NCBI GenBank assembly: GCA_963692865.2
Contig: OY843592.1
Location: forward strand, 3,104,001-3,168,000
Direction: 5' to 3'
Source: a bacterium
Lineage (GTDB): Bacteria; UBA8248
Length of the DNA stretch: 64,000 nt
Below the pieces are notes generated by a model. That model saw only the letters and a list, made by a program, of their open reading frames with translations. It did no database searches and was not told the origin of the DNA. Shown piece by piece: positions 41,950 to 51,991 of this stretch. The position numbers were made by a program, and so were the translations under genes. Positions within the stretch are counted from its first letter, which is position 1. Each line of letters opens with the position of its first letter.

Positions 41950-42150
41950 CCCCCTAACACCCGTAGGCCTTACCCTCTTGGGGGGTGAGGCGCTTCCAGG
42001 CCGTCGCGAGTTCGGCGAGAATCCGCACGCCCACGCCGGCGCCGCCCTCGGGGCGGTAGGGTTCGGCCTTAGAAGCGTGGGACGGCCCCGCGATGTCGAG
42101 GTGCACCCAGGGCGTCTCGCCGGCGAAATACTGAAAGAACGTGGCGGCAT
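41950..42150 (-). pseudogene. Diverged duplicate of the pepA 3' end
   Basis: Direct repeat of ~43192-43392; encodes FAGETPWVHLDIAGP..QEGKAYGC*. Confidence 0.88.
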
Positions 42151-42348
42151 GCTCGTTCCGTCGCATCGGCCGCTGACGGCCCCTTCGGATGAATAGAGGA
42201 ACGCCGGCCCGGACAAACTCTTTCACCGATACAGAAAGCCTTATACTCTCCATGGGGACCGACAGAGCCGGTCCGGTTGGCCTTTACAGGATTTCGTCTT
42301 CCGGCGGGGGCGTCGGGACCGTCTCGAAGACCATCGACAGGAGTCGTC

Positions 42349-43104
42349 ATGCCGCCGGATCAAGCCACCTCGCTGCTCTACGAACTGTTCAGTGGACTGC
42401 CCCGGCAGGGGCCGGGAACGGCAGCGAGCACGCGCCGGGCCCTCGGGTTCGTCCCGGACGTCGGGCCGCGGACCCGCGTGCTCGACGTCGGCTGCGGGAC
42501 CGGCGCCCAGACATTGGTTCTGGCGGACAGTTCGCCGGCGCACATCGTCGCCGTCGACATCCACCCCCCGTTCATCGACGCGCTGAACCGCAAGGCGCAT
42601 GGATTGGGCATGGCGGATCGACTGGAAGCCCGCGTGGCGGACATGCGCCGACTCGAATTCGCCGACGGTTCCTTCGACCTGATCTGGTGCGAAGGCGCCA
42701 TCTACAACATGGGTGTCGAAGCGGGCCTGCGCGACTGGCGCCGGTTGCTGCGGCGAGGCGGGCGCGTCGCGCTGACGGAGGTGTGCTGGCGGAAGCCCGA
42801 ACCGCCCGCCGCATGCGCAGCGTTCTGGAACCGGGAGTATCCGGCCATCCGCGACGTCCCCGCGCTCCTGGAAGCCATCGAGGCGTGCGGCTACGAGACG
42901 GTCGGGCACTTCCCGCTCCCCGCGTCGGCGTGGTGGGACGACTACTACCGGCCACTGCAAGACAACGTGACCAAGTTCCGCAAGCGTCACCACGACGCGC
43001 CGGACGCACGGGAGCTAGCGGACCATTGCCAGAGGGAAATAGACATCTGGCATGCCTACTCGGAATTCTACGGCTACGAGTTCTTTGTGCTCCGCGCCCG
43101 TTGA
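42349..43104 (+). CDS. Class I SAM-dependent methyltransferase
   Basis: LPRQGPG, VLDVGCGTG, FDLIWCEGAIY; AGGAG RBS. Confidence 0.9.
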   Translation: MPPDQATSLLYELFSGLPRQGPGTAASTRRALGFVPDVGPRTRVLDVGCGTGAQTLVLADSSPAHIVAVDIHPPFIDALNRKAHGLGMADRLEARVADMRRLEFADGSFDLIWCEGAIYNMGVEAGLRDWRRLLRRGGRVALTEVCWRKPEPPAACAAFWNREYPAIRDVPALLEAIEACGYETVGHFPLPASAWWDDYYRPLQDNVTKFRKRHHDAPDARELADHCQREIDIWHAYSEFYGYEFFVLRAR

Positions 43105-43195
43105 ACGAACCCCAACGCGCCCGGGTATTCGATCGACTCGGAATCGCGGTGCGTACGACCTCACACGGTTTATTCTCACAACCGACGATGGACCC

Positions 43196-44719
43196 CTAAC
43201 ACCCGTAGGCCTTGCCCTCCTGGGGGGTGAGGCGCTTCCACGCCGTCGCCAGTTCCGCGAGAATCCGCACGCCCACGCCGGTGCCGCCCTCGGGGCGGTA
43301 GGGTTCGGCCTTCGAGGTGTGCGAGGGCCCCGCGATGTCGAGATGCACCCAGGGCGTCTCGCCGGCGAAGTGCTGCAGGAAGGCCGCCGCGGTGTTCGCG
43401 CCCCCCCAGCGGGCGCCCGAGATGTTGCACATGTCGGCGATCTTGCCCTTCATCGCCTCGCCGTATTCCGGGAAAAGCGGCATGTGCCAGACGCGGTCGC
43501 CGGTGCGCTCCCCCAGATCCCGCACGCGCGCCAGCAACTCGTCGTGCGTTCCGTACATGCCGGTCACCTTCTGGCCGAGCGCCACCATGCACGCGCCCGT
43601 CAGGGTGGCGAGATCGATCATGCACTGGGGCTTGTACTTCTCGCGCGTGTAGTGGAGCGCGTCGGCCAGGACGAGCCTGCCCTCGGCGTCGGTGTTGTGG
43701 ATTTCGACCGTCGTTCCCTTCATCGAGCGCACGATGTCGCCGGGCCGCGTGGCGTCGCCGTCCACCATGTTCTCCACGAGGCCCGCCACGCCCACCACGG
43801 GCACGCGGGGCTTGAGGCGCGCCACGGCGAGCATCGCGCCCAGCACGGCGGCGGCCCCGCTCATGTCGGTCGTCATGAGTTCGAGACCCCCGCTCGGCTT
43901 GATGGATACCCCGCCGGTGTCGAACGTCACCCCCTTGCCGACGAAGGCGACGGGTTTCGTCCGCGCGCCCTGGGGCCTGTACTCCAGGATGACCATGCGG
44001 GGCGGTTCGCTGCTGCCCCGGCCCACCGAGAGGAGCGCGCCCATCTTCATTCTTTCCATCTGCTTCTCGTCCAGCACGCGGCAGCGAAGACCCTCGCGCC
44101 GCGCCATCGCGCGCGCCGTATCGGCCAGCGCGGGCGGGCGCTTCTCGTTGCTGGGCGTGTTGATGAGGTCGCGCGCGTAGTTCGTCCCCTCGCACAGCGC
44201 GCGTCCATGGCGCGCGCCGCGCCGCATGGCGCTCAGGCTCCCCCCCGGCCCTCCGCAGAGAACGGCGCTCGAAACGTCGCTCTTCTCCTCCTTGTCGCCC
44301 GTCTTGTACCTGTCCATCCGGTAGAGGCCGAGGCCCACGCCCTCCACGACCGCCTGGGCCGCCCCGCGCGCGTCGAGGCCCTCATTCACGAGGGAAGAAG
44401 CCGAGACGGCGATGCTCCCGAGCCTCTCCGCGCGCGCGCGCTTCGCCGCCAGCGCGGATGCGCAGCGAACCGACTCCGGCGACGCCTCATCGCCCAGGCC
44501 TGCGAGAATCATGAATTTGGGCGCTCCGCCCCCCTCGGGCATGGGCAGGACGGCGACCTGCCCCTCCTTGCCCTCGAACACCTTGCGCTCGCGCAAGGAG
44601 GCCAGCGCGCCGCCCGGAATTTTTTCGAGTCGTTCGTCCTTCTCGTCTTTCTTCATGAGGCGAACCAGGGCGTCCGTCCCCTGGTCGAAACCATCACCGC
44701 CCGCAACGGAGAACCGCAT
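43196..44719 (-). CDS. pepA: Leucyl aminopeptidase (M17)
   Basis: VGKGVTFDTGG, DMSGA, NTDAEGRLVLAD, DLATLTGA, WVHLDIAG. Confidence 0.95.
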   Translation of the reverse strand: MRFSVAGGDGFDQGTDALVRLMKKDEKDERLEKIPGGALASLRERKVFEGKEGQVAVLPMPEGGGAPKFMILAGLGDEASPESVRCASALAAKRARAERLGSIAVSASSLVNEGLDARGAAQAVVEGVGLGLYRMDRYKTGDKEEKSDVSSAVLCGGPGGSLSAMRRGARHGRALCEGTNYARDLINTPSNEKRPPALADTARAMARREGLRCRVLDEKQMERMKMGALLSVGRGSSEPPRMVILEYRPQGARTKPVAFVGKGVTFDTGGVSIKPSGGLELMTTDMSGAAAVLGAMLAVARLKPRVPVVGVAGLVENMVDGDATRPGDIVRSMKGTTVEIHNTDAEGRLVLADALHYTREKYKPQCMIDLATLTGACMVALGQKVTGMYGTHDELLARVRDLGERTGDRVWHMPLFPEYGEAMKGKIADMCNISGARWGGANTAAAFLQHFAGETPWVHLDIAGPSHTSKAEPYRPEGGTGVGVRILAELATAWKRLTPQEGKAYGC

Positions 44720-44969
44720 AAAAACATCTCCTCTTGATAAACACATCAGATGAATAGCGATTTTCACCGAGTGTATCCCACAGCGGCGCGCGCGGCTATG
44801 CGGATCGGGGTCTCCCGCTCTTTTCGCGCGGGCAGACAGGCTTGCGAATTGTCTTATTCCCCTCCCTCCCCCTAGAATGCCTGGGCAGAAAACGAGCGGG
44901 TCGGGCGCACCGAGGCCCGCCATGCCCGAAAGCAATTACTATCTTCCCTCTCACGCGAAGGAACAGGCC

Positions 44970-45407
44970 ATGAGTTTCTACAATTGGGATATGCTCCCCT
45001 TGAGCCACGACCGCCCCGGCGTCGCGCACAGGCGGATTTTCGGCGACAACATCCAGATGCAGCACCTGATCACCGAGCCGGGCGGCACGCCCTCGAAACT
45101 GCACAACCATCCCGATCACGAGGAGTTCTTCTACATCCAGGCGGGCGAGTGGGAGTTCACGCTCGAAGACGAGGTGCGGCGTATCGGGCCGGGCGACGTG
45201 GTGCACGTCAAGGCGGGCGCGATGCACACGTTGAGGCTCGTGAGCGACGAGCCGGGAATGGCGCTCGAGGTGTTCTACCCGATGTGGAACCCCGAACTCG
45301 CAGGCGACATGAAGGATTTCACGATTGACGCCATCAAGGGCCGCATGGAGTTCGCCGAAGAACCCGACGAGATGAACAGGGGCCGTCCGCCGGGACACGG
45401 GGAATGA
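44970..45407 (+). CDS. Cupin domain protein
   Basis: HNHPDHEEFFYIQAG..GPGD..H. Confidence 0.85.
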   Translation: MSFYNWDMLPLSHDRPGVAHRRIFGDNIQMQHLITEPGGTPSKLHNHPDHEEFFYIQAGEWEFTLEDEVRRIGPGDVVHVKAGAMHTLRLVSDEPGMALEVFYPMWNPELAGDMKDFTIDAIKGRMEFAEEPDEMNRGRPPGHGE

Positions 45408-45479
45408 CGGGGGAGATACTCTAGTTGACGCAGCGTCTCTCGGGTGACGGATATGCTTGAAATTTCCGCTGTCGTTCAC

Positions 45480-45512
45480 AAAAAAACAGGCGGCGCCCTT
45501 AGACGCCGCCTG
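45480..45512 (-). terminator. Rho-independent terminator
   Basis: CAGGCGGCG-8nt-CGCCGCCTG followed by T7 on minus strand. Confidence 0.85.
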
Positions 45513-45565
45513 CCGTTTTCTGGATTTCCCTCAATGTCCCGTTTCAGGTAACACCAAGGGGTTGT

Positions 45566-45661
45566 TTAGGGTTTCTTGAGAACCCTCTTTCGGGAGTGAG
45601 CCGTTTTCAGGACCCTCCGGAAAGATGTGTCAAGGGCGGTTACTATCAATCGTCTTACCAT
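45566..45661 (-). CDS. Putative 31-aa basic peptide (or structured sRNA)
   Basis: GAGAGGAGG RBS, MVRRLIVTALDTSFRRVLKTAHSRKRVLKKP; own promoter and terminator. Confidence 0.45.
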   Translation of the reverse strand: MVRRLIVTALDTSFRRVLKTAHSRKRVLKKP

Positions 45662-45700
45662 GACAGCCCTCCTCTCACTGCTTACTATTTGTGCTCCAAA

Positions 45701-45729
45701 ATCATATTCAAAGGCGGGTGCCGTGTCAA
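45701..45729 (-). promoter_or_regulatory. Sigma70-type promoter
   Basis: TTGACA-17 nt-TATGAT on minus strand. Confidence 0.7.
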
Positions 45730-45844
45730 GCATTTTTTGTCCCAAAAACGCCATGAAAAATTCAAGGCCTTACGTTTCAAGGCGTTACATGAAAATTTTC
45801 ATGACGGAGACTCACCGGCTCTCCCGGTCCGCTACATCGCTCAG

Positions 45845-46951
45845 CTAGGCCTCGATGATGGCGGCGACCACGCCTCCGCCCACCGGGCCCTGGTGGAACA
45901 CGAGGCCGGCCGAGACGTAGACCGCCGGGTCCTGCACCACCGAGGCGATGACGGCGTTCGCCACCGCGCGCACGGGCCGCGTGCCCAGAACGGAATCGGT
46001 AAGCAGCGTGACGCGCTTGCCCAGGAGCCTGCCGTCCCAGGGCGCGCCCGCCTTGGCGAAGGCGTGCACCACCCTGTTCAAATCCTCCGCGCCCGGGAGG
46101 CCGTCGAAGGATAATCCAGCGTTTCTGAGCGCCTGCCTCACGGCGTCGGCGTCGATCAGGTGCCGCATCACCGCCCGGCCGATCTTGTAGCGGCTCACGG
46201 ATTGGGAGGAATTCGCCAGGACGACGACTTCGGAGCGCATGAGCTCCACGCCCGCCGAGCAGGAGATCATCTCCGAATACAGGTCGCCGCGGCTGCACAC
46301 GTCGGATATCTCGAACGAATCGCGGGCAATCTCCCCGATTCCCACCGCCGCGCCCAGGGCCGAGCAGCCGTTCGAGAGGCTCATCGAGCGCGTCGTGTCC
46401 GTGCTCACCACCTTCTTGCCGCGCGAGGCCGCGTCGTTGATGCGGTCCGAGGTGAGCAGCGGGCACTTCACCTGCACGTAGCCCACGTCGTCGAGCGAAT
46501 CCACGCCCGCTTTATCGAGCGCCTCCGCCGCCGCTTCGGCCACGAGGTCCACCTGCGCCATCGTGCCCAATTCCTCAGGCAAGAGCTCTCTGGTGAAGGC
46601 GACCCCCATGGAGAGGCGCTTCTCTCCGGGACTTTCGGCCTCGCCCACGTCGGTCTTGGAAATGGCCACCGCATGGGGACTCATCACCCCCTCGCACCCG
46701 CCCGACATCACCATCGCGCACATGCCCTGCACCTCGGCGCGGGTGAGACCGAGCTTTTCCATCATGTAGTCTTCGAAGGAATGGAGCGCGTAGGGCCTCG
46801 AATAGTCGTTCACCCGCCCGTTGCCCTCCGTCTTGGCGATGACGGCCTGAATGTCCGCCGCCCGGATGCGGCCTTCCGCCACAGCCTCCGCGAGGCCCGA
46901 TACGTCCTCGGGCCCCGACATCTGAAACTTCACCACCTGGGTATCAAACAC
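45845..46951 (-). CDS. Ring-opening amidohydrolase (cyanuric acid hydrolase/barbiturase family)
   Basis: KTEGNG..NDYSR, MSGGCEG, QVKCPLL, SCSAGVE, YVSAG..HQGP. Confidence 0.92.
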   Translation of the reverse strand: MFDTQVVKFQMSGPEDVSGLAEAVAEGRIRAADIQAVIAKTEGNGRVNDYSRPYALHSFEDYMMEKLGLTRAEVQGMCAMVMSGGCEGVMSPHAVAISKTDVGEAESPGEKRLSMGVAFTRELLPEELGTMAQVDLVAEAAAEALDKAGVDSLDDVGYVQVKCPLLTSDRINDAASRGKKVVSTDTTRSMSLSNGCSALGAAVGIGEIARDSFEISDVCSRGDLYSEMISCSAGVELMRSEVVVLANSSQSVSRYKIGRAVMRHLIDADAVRQALRNAGLSFDGLPGAEDLNRVVHAFAKAGAPWDGRLLGKRVTLLTDSVLGTRPVRAVANAVIASVVQDPAVYVSAGLVFHQGPVGGGVVAAIIEA

Positions 46952-47073
46952 GAGTCCACCTCCTCCGTATTTGTCTGAGACTTAAGCATAGTCGCGCCTG
47001 CACAAGAGCGAGCAGACGCCGAAACCATCAAACCTCCTTATTCACCAAGGGCGCAGGATGCACGAACGCCGCC

Positions 47074-48477
47074 TCAAGCCCCGGGAACCATCAGGCCCGC
47101 GCGCTCGACGATGGCCGCGGAGGCCGCCTGCGCCTCCTCCCGAATCGCGCGCTCCTCATCTTCGCTCACGTTGGCGAGACGCCCCGCCTCCATGAGCGGT
47201 TCGCCGTCCACCCAGACCCAACGCGCCTCCGTCCCGTGGGTCTGATACGCGAGCACGGAGGGCAGATGATGATTGGGGTGCATGTGGGGGCCGCTCATGT
47301 CGAGCAGAATCATGTCCGCCCGCTTGCCCGCCTCGATGCTCCCGATTTCATCCTCCAGGCCGAGCGCGCGCGCGCCGTTCCGGGTGGCCATGTCGAGCAC
47401 CTGCTGGGCCGTGATGGCGGCGGGGTCCTGATTCACCCCCTTGTGGAGCAGGCAGGCAAGCCTTATCTCCCAGAACATGTTGGCGAGGTCGTTGCAGTTC
47501 GCATTGTCCGTGCCCAGGGCCACGGGAACCCCGTAGCCCAGCATACGGGGCACGGGCGAGACGCCCGAACCGAGATACATGTTGCTCGAGGGCAGATGCA
47601 CCACCTGCGTCCCCGATTCCTTCAAGAGCCGGACATCCTCCTCGCTCAGGTGGATGCAGTGGCCAGCGACGAGGCGCTCGGAGAGCAACCCCCAGGCCGC
47701 GAGATGCTGCACGACGGGAAGGCCGCCTACCTCCGATTCCATCGGGTCTTCCGAGACGTGCGTGGAGACGCGAAGGCCGCGGGCTCCGGCCCACTCATCC
47801 ACCTCGCGAAAAGTCTCGGGCTTCACGTAGACGGGGATGTTCGGCCCCGGCCAGACGAGAACGCGGCCACCCGAGCGGCCGTGGTACTTGTCCACCAGAT
47901 AGGAAATCTCCTCGAACACCTCATCCCGCGTCTTGAGACTCGGCGGGAAAGTCTTCCCCCAGGCGGCGATGTGGGAGTGCGCCCGCTCGGCGAGTTTTCC
48001 CTGCGGCGACATTTCGTTGAAGCTCAGGGCGAACACGCTCCGCATCCCCGAATCATCCATGGCTTGTATCATCGCCTCGGCCAGCGGAACGGGGATGCGC
48101 TCGTTCGTCACCACCGCCGTGGTGCCCGAGCGAATCGCCTCGCACGCGAAGAGCTTGACGGAGAGCGCCGCGTCCTCGGGCGTATAGGCCACCTGGCCGG
48201 GCGCCATGACGTTCAGTCGCCAGTCCATCAGCCGCCTGTCCGCGCCCAGACCGCCCCTCAGCAGAATGCACATGATGTGGCTGTGGGCGTTCACCAGCCC
48301 CGGCATGAGGGCCATGCCCTCGCCGTCGACAACCTGCGCCGCGCCCGCGTCTATCCTGGAGCCTGAAATCTCGGCGACCCGGCCATCCTCGACCAGCACC
48401 GACGCGCGGGGAAGCGCCTCGCGCGCATCGTTTTGCGTGAGGACACAGGCGTTTTCGATCAAGAAGCGACCCGCCAT
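47074..48477 (-). CDS. Metal-dependent amidohydrolase/deaminase (MtaD/AtzA-like)
   Basis: MPGLVNAHSH, HVSE, GHCIHL, LGTD, GSIEAGKRAD. Confidence 0.9.
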   Translation of the reverse strand: MAGRFLIENACVLTQNDAREALPRASVLVEDGRVAEISGSRIDAGAAQVVDGEGMALMPGLVNAHSHIMCILLRGGLGADRRLMDWRLNVMAPGQVAYTPEDAALSVKLFACEAIRSGTTAVVTNERIPVPLAEAMIQAMDDSGMRSVFALSFNEMSPQGKLAERAHSHIAAWGKTFPPSLKTRDEVFEEISYLVDKYHGRSGGRVLVWPGPNIPVYVKPETFREVDEWAGARGLRVSTHVSEDPMESEVGGLPVVQHLAAWGLLSERLVAGHCIHLSEEDVRLLKESGTQVVHLPSSNMYLGSGVSPVPRMLGYGVPVALGTDNANCNDLANMFWEIRLACLLHKGVNQDPAAITAQQVLDMATRNGARALGLEDEIGSIEAGKRADMILLDMSGPHMHPNHHLPSVLAYQTHGTEARWVWVDGEPLMEAGRLANVSEDEERAIREEAQAASAAIVERAGLMVPGA

Positions 48478-48621
48478 GGGAAATCCTCCGGTTCGGTGTT
48501 TTCCTGAGGATACGCCAATCGGGCGGATTTGAGTATCCCCGGCGCAAGCCGCGCCTTGCCAGATAGGGAAAAGAGCATTATTAGTGTGAGGGAAAATCCG
48601 ACAACCCGAGGAGAGACGCCG

Positions 48622-49017
48622 ATGTCCAAAATCAAGTTCCTGCAGCACTTCAGCATCTATTGCCGGGATTTGCCGACCATGCACGAGTTCTACAACGAAA
48701 TCCTGGGTCTCCCCGAAATGCCGCGGCCCCACTTCCCCTTCCCGGGCTACTGGTACGAGGCGGGAGCGGACCACCAGATCCACCTCGCCAAGGTGAGCGA
48801 CACGCACGTCCGGCACTCCATCAGCGACAACGAGGACGGCTACATGGACCACCACTTCGGGATGGTGACCGATGATCTGGAGGGGATGAAGGAGAGGCTC
48901 AAGGCGCGCGGCATCCCGTTTCACGACGAACCTTACGGCTATCCCCAAATCTTTTTCAGAGACCCGGAGAACAACCTGATCGAGGTCGCGTCCACGGCGA
49001 TGTTCGACATGGAATAA
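48622..49017 (+). CDS. VOC/glyoxalase family protein
   Basis: QHFSI..FYNEILGL..HHFG..FFRDPENNLIE. Confidence 0.88.
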   Translation: MSKIKFLQHFSIYCRDLPTMHEFYNEILGLPEMPRPHFPFPGYWYEAGADHQIHLAKVSDTHVRHSISDNEDGYMDHHFGMVTDDLEGMKERLKARGIPFHDEPYGYPQIFFRDPENNLIEVASTAMFDME

Positions 49018-49146
49018 CCGGCGCGCGGACAAGCGCCCGGCTCGCCGTGACTCCTCATCCGCATCGGGCCGGAAGTTTCATCCAAAGGGTTTCGCAGCGC
49101 AATCACCGCCTCATCGCGGTTTTCACCGACTTCCGGAGGCCAGGCC

Positions 49147-49557
49147 ATGTCGTTCCAAAAATTCCACACCACGCAGGTGACCGCAGGCGCCGGGAGCTAC
49201 TCACAGGGCCTGCTGGCGGGCCGGACGCTTTATCTCGCGGGCCAGACCGGCGAGGGACTCGACGGCGCGCCGCCCGCGCGAGGCGACGCCGCCGCCCAGG
49301 CCCGCCAGGCGTGCGAGAACATCCGCCGGCTTCTCGAAGAAGCGGGCGGCAACCTCTCCCACGTCGTGAAGCTCACGAACTACATCACCGACAGGGCGTA
49401 CCGAAAACCCGTCTACGCGGTGATAGCGGAATACTTCGGCCCCCATGCGCCCGCGAGCACGGGCGTCATCGTGGACGGACTGGCTTCAGAGGATTTTCTC
49501 GTGGAAATCGACGCCACGGCCTATATCCCCGAGGCCGGAGCGGCAAACGAGGATTGA
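49147..49557 (+). CDS. RidA/Rid family protein
   Basis: YSQG..LYLAGQ..PASTGVIVDGL..VEIDATA. Confidence 0.9.
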   Translation: MSFQKFHTTQVTAGAGSYSQGLLAGRTLYLAGQTGEGLDGAPPARGDAAAQARQACENIRRLLEEAGGNLSHVVKLTNYITDRAYRKPVYAVIAEYFGPHAPASTGVIVDGLASEDFLVEIDATAYIPEAGAANED

Positions 49558-49647
49558 GAAATGCGCCTTAACAAGGCAGAATAGGAGCACATTCAGACCA
49601 GTTCGTAAGCAGCCCGTGAGGCTGAGTCCTTTCAGAGGAGAGGGATC

Positions 49648-51234
49648 ATGACCGAAACTTACGATGGATTGTTCGTCGGCGGCGGGCACAACAGCCTGGT
49701 ATGCGCCGCTTATCTGGCGAAAGCCGGGAAAAAGGTAGCCGTTCTGGAACGCTCCGGCGTCGCCGGCGGGGGCTGCTCCACGCACGAGGTCACGCTGCCG
49801 GGCTTCAAGCACAACCTGCATTCGAACTACTACGTCGGTCTGGACAGAAGCCCCATTCTGCGCGACCTGGAACTCCACGAATACGGATTCAGCCTCATCT
49901 TCCCGGAGTTTCAGCAGGGCTGCGTCTTCGGCGACGGCACGGCGTTCGTCATCCACCGCGACGTGGAGAAGACCGTCAAGTCCATCGAGCGCATCAACAA
50001 GAACGACGCGAAGACCTACCGCGACCTCCACGTCAAATTCACCGAGGGGATGCTCGACATCATCACCTCATTCATGTACTGCGCCCCCCTGACGCCCGAA
50101 GAACTCAAAGAGCGCTTCGCGGGGCCGCTGGGGCGCGAGTTCCTGAGCTACGCGAACCTCAGCATGTACGAGGCGGTGGACCAGCACTTCGAGGACGACA
50201 AGCTGCGCGTGCTCTTCAAGCTCTTCCTGGGCTCCTTCACCCTGGAGAACACGCCGACGACGGGCATCTTCTTCCCCAGAATCTTTTCGCGCATCGCGAG
50301 CTTCGCCCTGCCCGTGGGCGGGTCGGTGAACTTCACCCGCGCGCTGGAGCGCGTGGTCGTGCGAGGCGGCGGACAGGTGTTCACCAACGCGGAAGTCCGC
50401 GAGATCACGGTCGAAAGCGGCGACGCCACCGGCGTCATCCTGGATGACGGCGCCCGCATCGAGGCCACCGAGTTCGTGGCGAGCGGGGTGAACTGGCCGC
50501 TCACGGTGCGTCTGGCCGGGGAGGACTACTTCGGCGGCAGGCTCGCAAGAGCCGCCCTCGAGTTCCAGTGGGCGAGCCACGGGCTGTGCACCATCCACCT
50601 CGCCCTCAAGGAAGCGCCCGACTTCGCGGCCGCGAAATACGAGCCCGACATCAACAAGACGTTCAACATCTTCTGGGGCGCGGACTCGACCGAGGAGATC
50701 AACGAGTGTTTCGAGACGATCCACGAGGGCGAACTGCCCAGGCTCATGGGCAACGGCGGCAGCAACAGCCACTTCGATCCGACCTACTCGCCCGACGGCA
50801 CGCACGTGGGCTACTGGTGGCCGTTCGCGCCCTATGAGCTCAAGGACGGCGGGGCCGAGGCGTGGGACGCGCGGCGCGAGGAGTACACCCAGCACTTCAT
50901 CGACTCCTGGACGCCTTATGCGCCCAACATCAACCACGACAACATCATGGGCAGCTATCTCTACACGCCGCTCGACATCGTGCGCATGAACCCGAACTTC
51001 GTCCGCGCGAGCCACCACGTGGGCGCCTACATCCCCGAGCAGTTGGGCCACAACCGCCCGCACCCGGACGTGAGCGACTTCCGCACGCCGATAGGGAAGC
51101 TCTATCTTTGCGGTTCGAGCTCGCACGTGGGCGGCGCGGTAACGGGCGCGCCCGGTTACAACTGCGCGAACGCTATCGCCGAGGATCTGGAAATCGACCG
51201 TTTCTGGGCGCCCGTAGAGACCATGATGGCCTGA
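49648..51234 (+). CDS. FAD-dependent oxidoreductase, phytoene dehydrogenase-like
   Basis: VGGGHNSLVCAAYLAKAG..GGG; RTPIGKLYLCGSSSHVGGAVTGAPGYNCA. Confidence 0.9.
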   Translation: MTETYDGLFVGGGHNSLVCAAYLAKAGKKVAVLERSGVAGGGCSTHEVTLPGFKHNLHSNYYVGLDRSPILRDLELHEYGFSLIFPEFQQGCVFGDGTAFVIHRDVEKTVKSIERINKNDAKTYRDLHVKFTEGMLDIITSFMYCAPLTPEELKERFAGPLGREFLSYANLSMYEAVDQHFEDDKLRVLFKLFLGSFTLENTPTTGIFFPRIFSRIASFALPVGGSVNFTRALERVVVRGGGQVFTNAEVREITVESGDATGVILDDGARIEATEFVASGVNWPLTVRLAGEDYFGGRLARAALEFQWASHGLCTIHLALKEAPDFAAAKYEPDINKTFNIFWGADSTEEINECFETIHEGELPRLMGNGGSNSHFDPTYSPDGTHVGYWWPFAPYELKDGGAEAWDARREEYTQHFIDSWTPYAPNINHDNIMGSYLYTPLDIVRMNPNFVRASHHVGAYIPEQLGHNRPHPDVSDFRTPIGKLYLCGSSSHVGGAVTGAPGYNCANAIAEDLEIDRFWAPVETMMA

Positions 51235-51279
51235 AGATAGAGATTTGATTCGCGTTTCACGAGGAAAGGATAAAATTTC

Positions 51280-51990
51280 ATGGAACTGATCGACCTCTCA
51301 CAGACTGTGGCGGCGGGTGGATTCGAGCGCCCGTTCCACCCCAAGGTGGCGATTGAGCCGATGATGACGCACGAGGAGTCTTCCAAAAGATTTCTCGGGA
51401 AATTCTCCTTCGCGGCCATGAAGCTCACGCTTTCGGATCACACCGGAAGCCACGTGGACGCCCTGAACCACTACGTGCCCGGAGACGCCCCCTCCATCGA
51501 CCGGTTGCCGCTGGAGCGCTTCTATTCGAGCGCGATCTGCGTGGATTTCTCCGACGTCGCGCCCAAGACCTACATCGAAACCGAACACATCGAGCGCGAA
51601 CTGGAAAAACACGGGCTTACCATCGAGGAGGGCGACGCCTTCTTGTACCATACGGGCCATTACGAGAAGTGCTTCAAGAACCCGAATCCCGATGTATGGT
51701 GGAAGGAATTCGCGGGCCTGAGCCGGCCCGCCACCGAGTATCTCGCCGATCGCGGGGTGCGCAACATCGGCTGTGAGGCGTTCACGATAGAAAACCCCAC
51801 GCAGATGTTCCCCGAATCGGAGGAGCCCTACCCCTCGCATCAGGTGTGCAAGGAGCGGGGGATGCTTAACACGGAGAATCTGGTGATTCCCAGGCGCCTG
51901 GTGGGCAAACGCTTCACCTTCCTGTGCCTGCCCATCAAGCTGAAGGACGCCACCGGCTCGCCCGTGCGCGCCGTGGCGGTACTGGACTGA
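51280..51990 (+). CDS. Cyclase family (kynurenine formamidase-like) metal hydrolase
   Basis: LIDLSQ, HTGSHVDA, ENL, ATGSPVRAVA. Confidence 0.9.
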   Translation: MELIDLSQTVAAGGFERPFHPKVAIEPMMTHEESSKRFLGKFSFAAMKLTLSDHTGSHVDALNHYVPGDAPSIDRLPLERFYSSAICVDFSDVAPKTYIETEHIERELEKHGLTIEEGDAFLYHTGHYEKCFKNPNPDVWWKEFAGLSRPATEYLADRGVRNIGCEAFTIENPTQMFPESEEPYPSHQVCKERGMLNTENLVIPRRLVGKRFTFLCLPIKLKDATGSPVRAVAVLD

Positions 51991-51991
51991 T

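Noticed and set aside
41950-43392. Diversity-generating retroelement TR/VR pair
   Set aside because: Mismatches are not adenine-specific, are mostly synonymous, and no reverse transcriptase is present.
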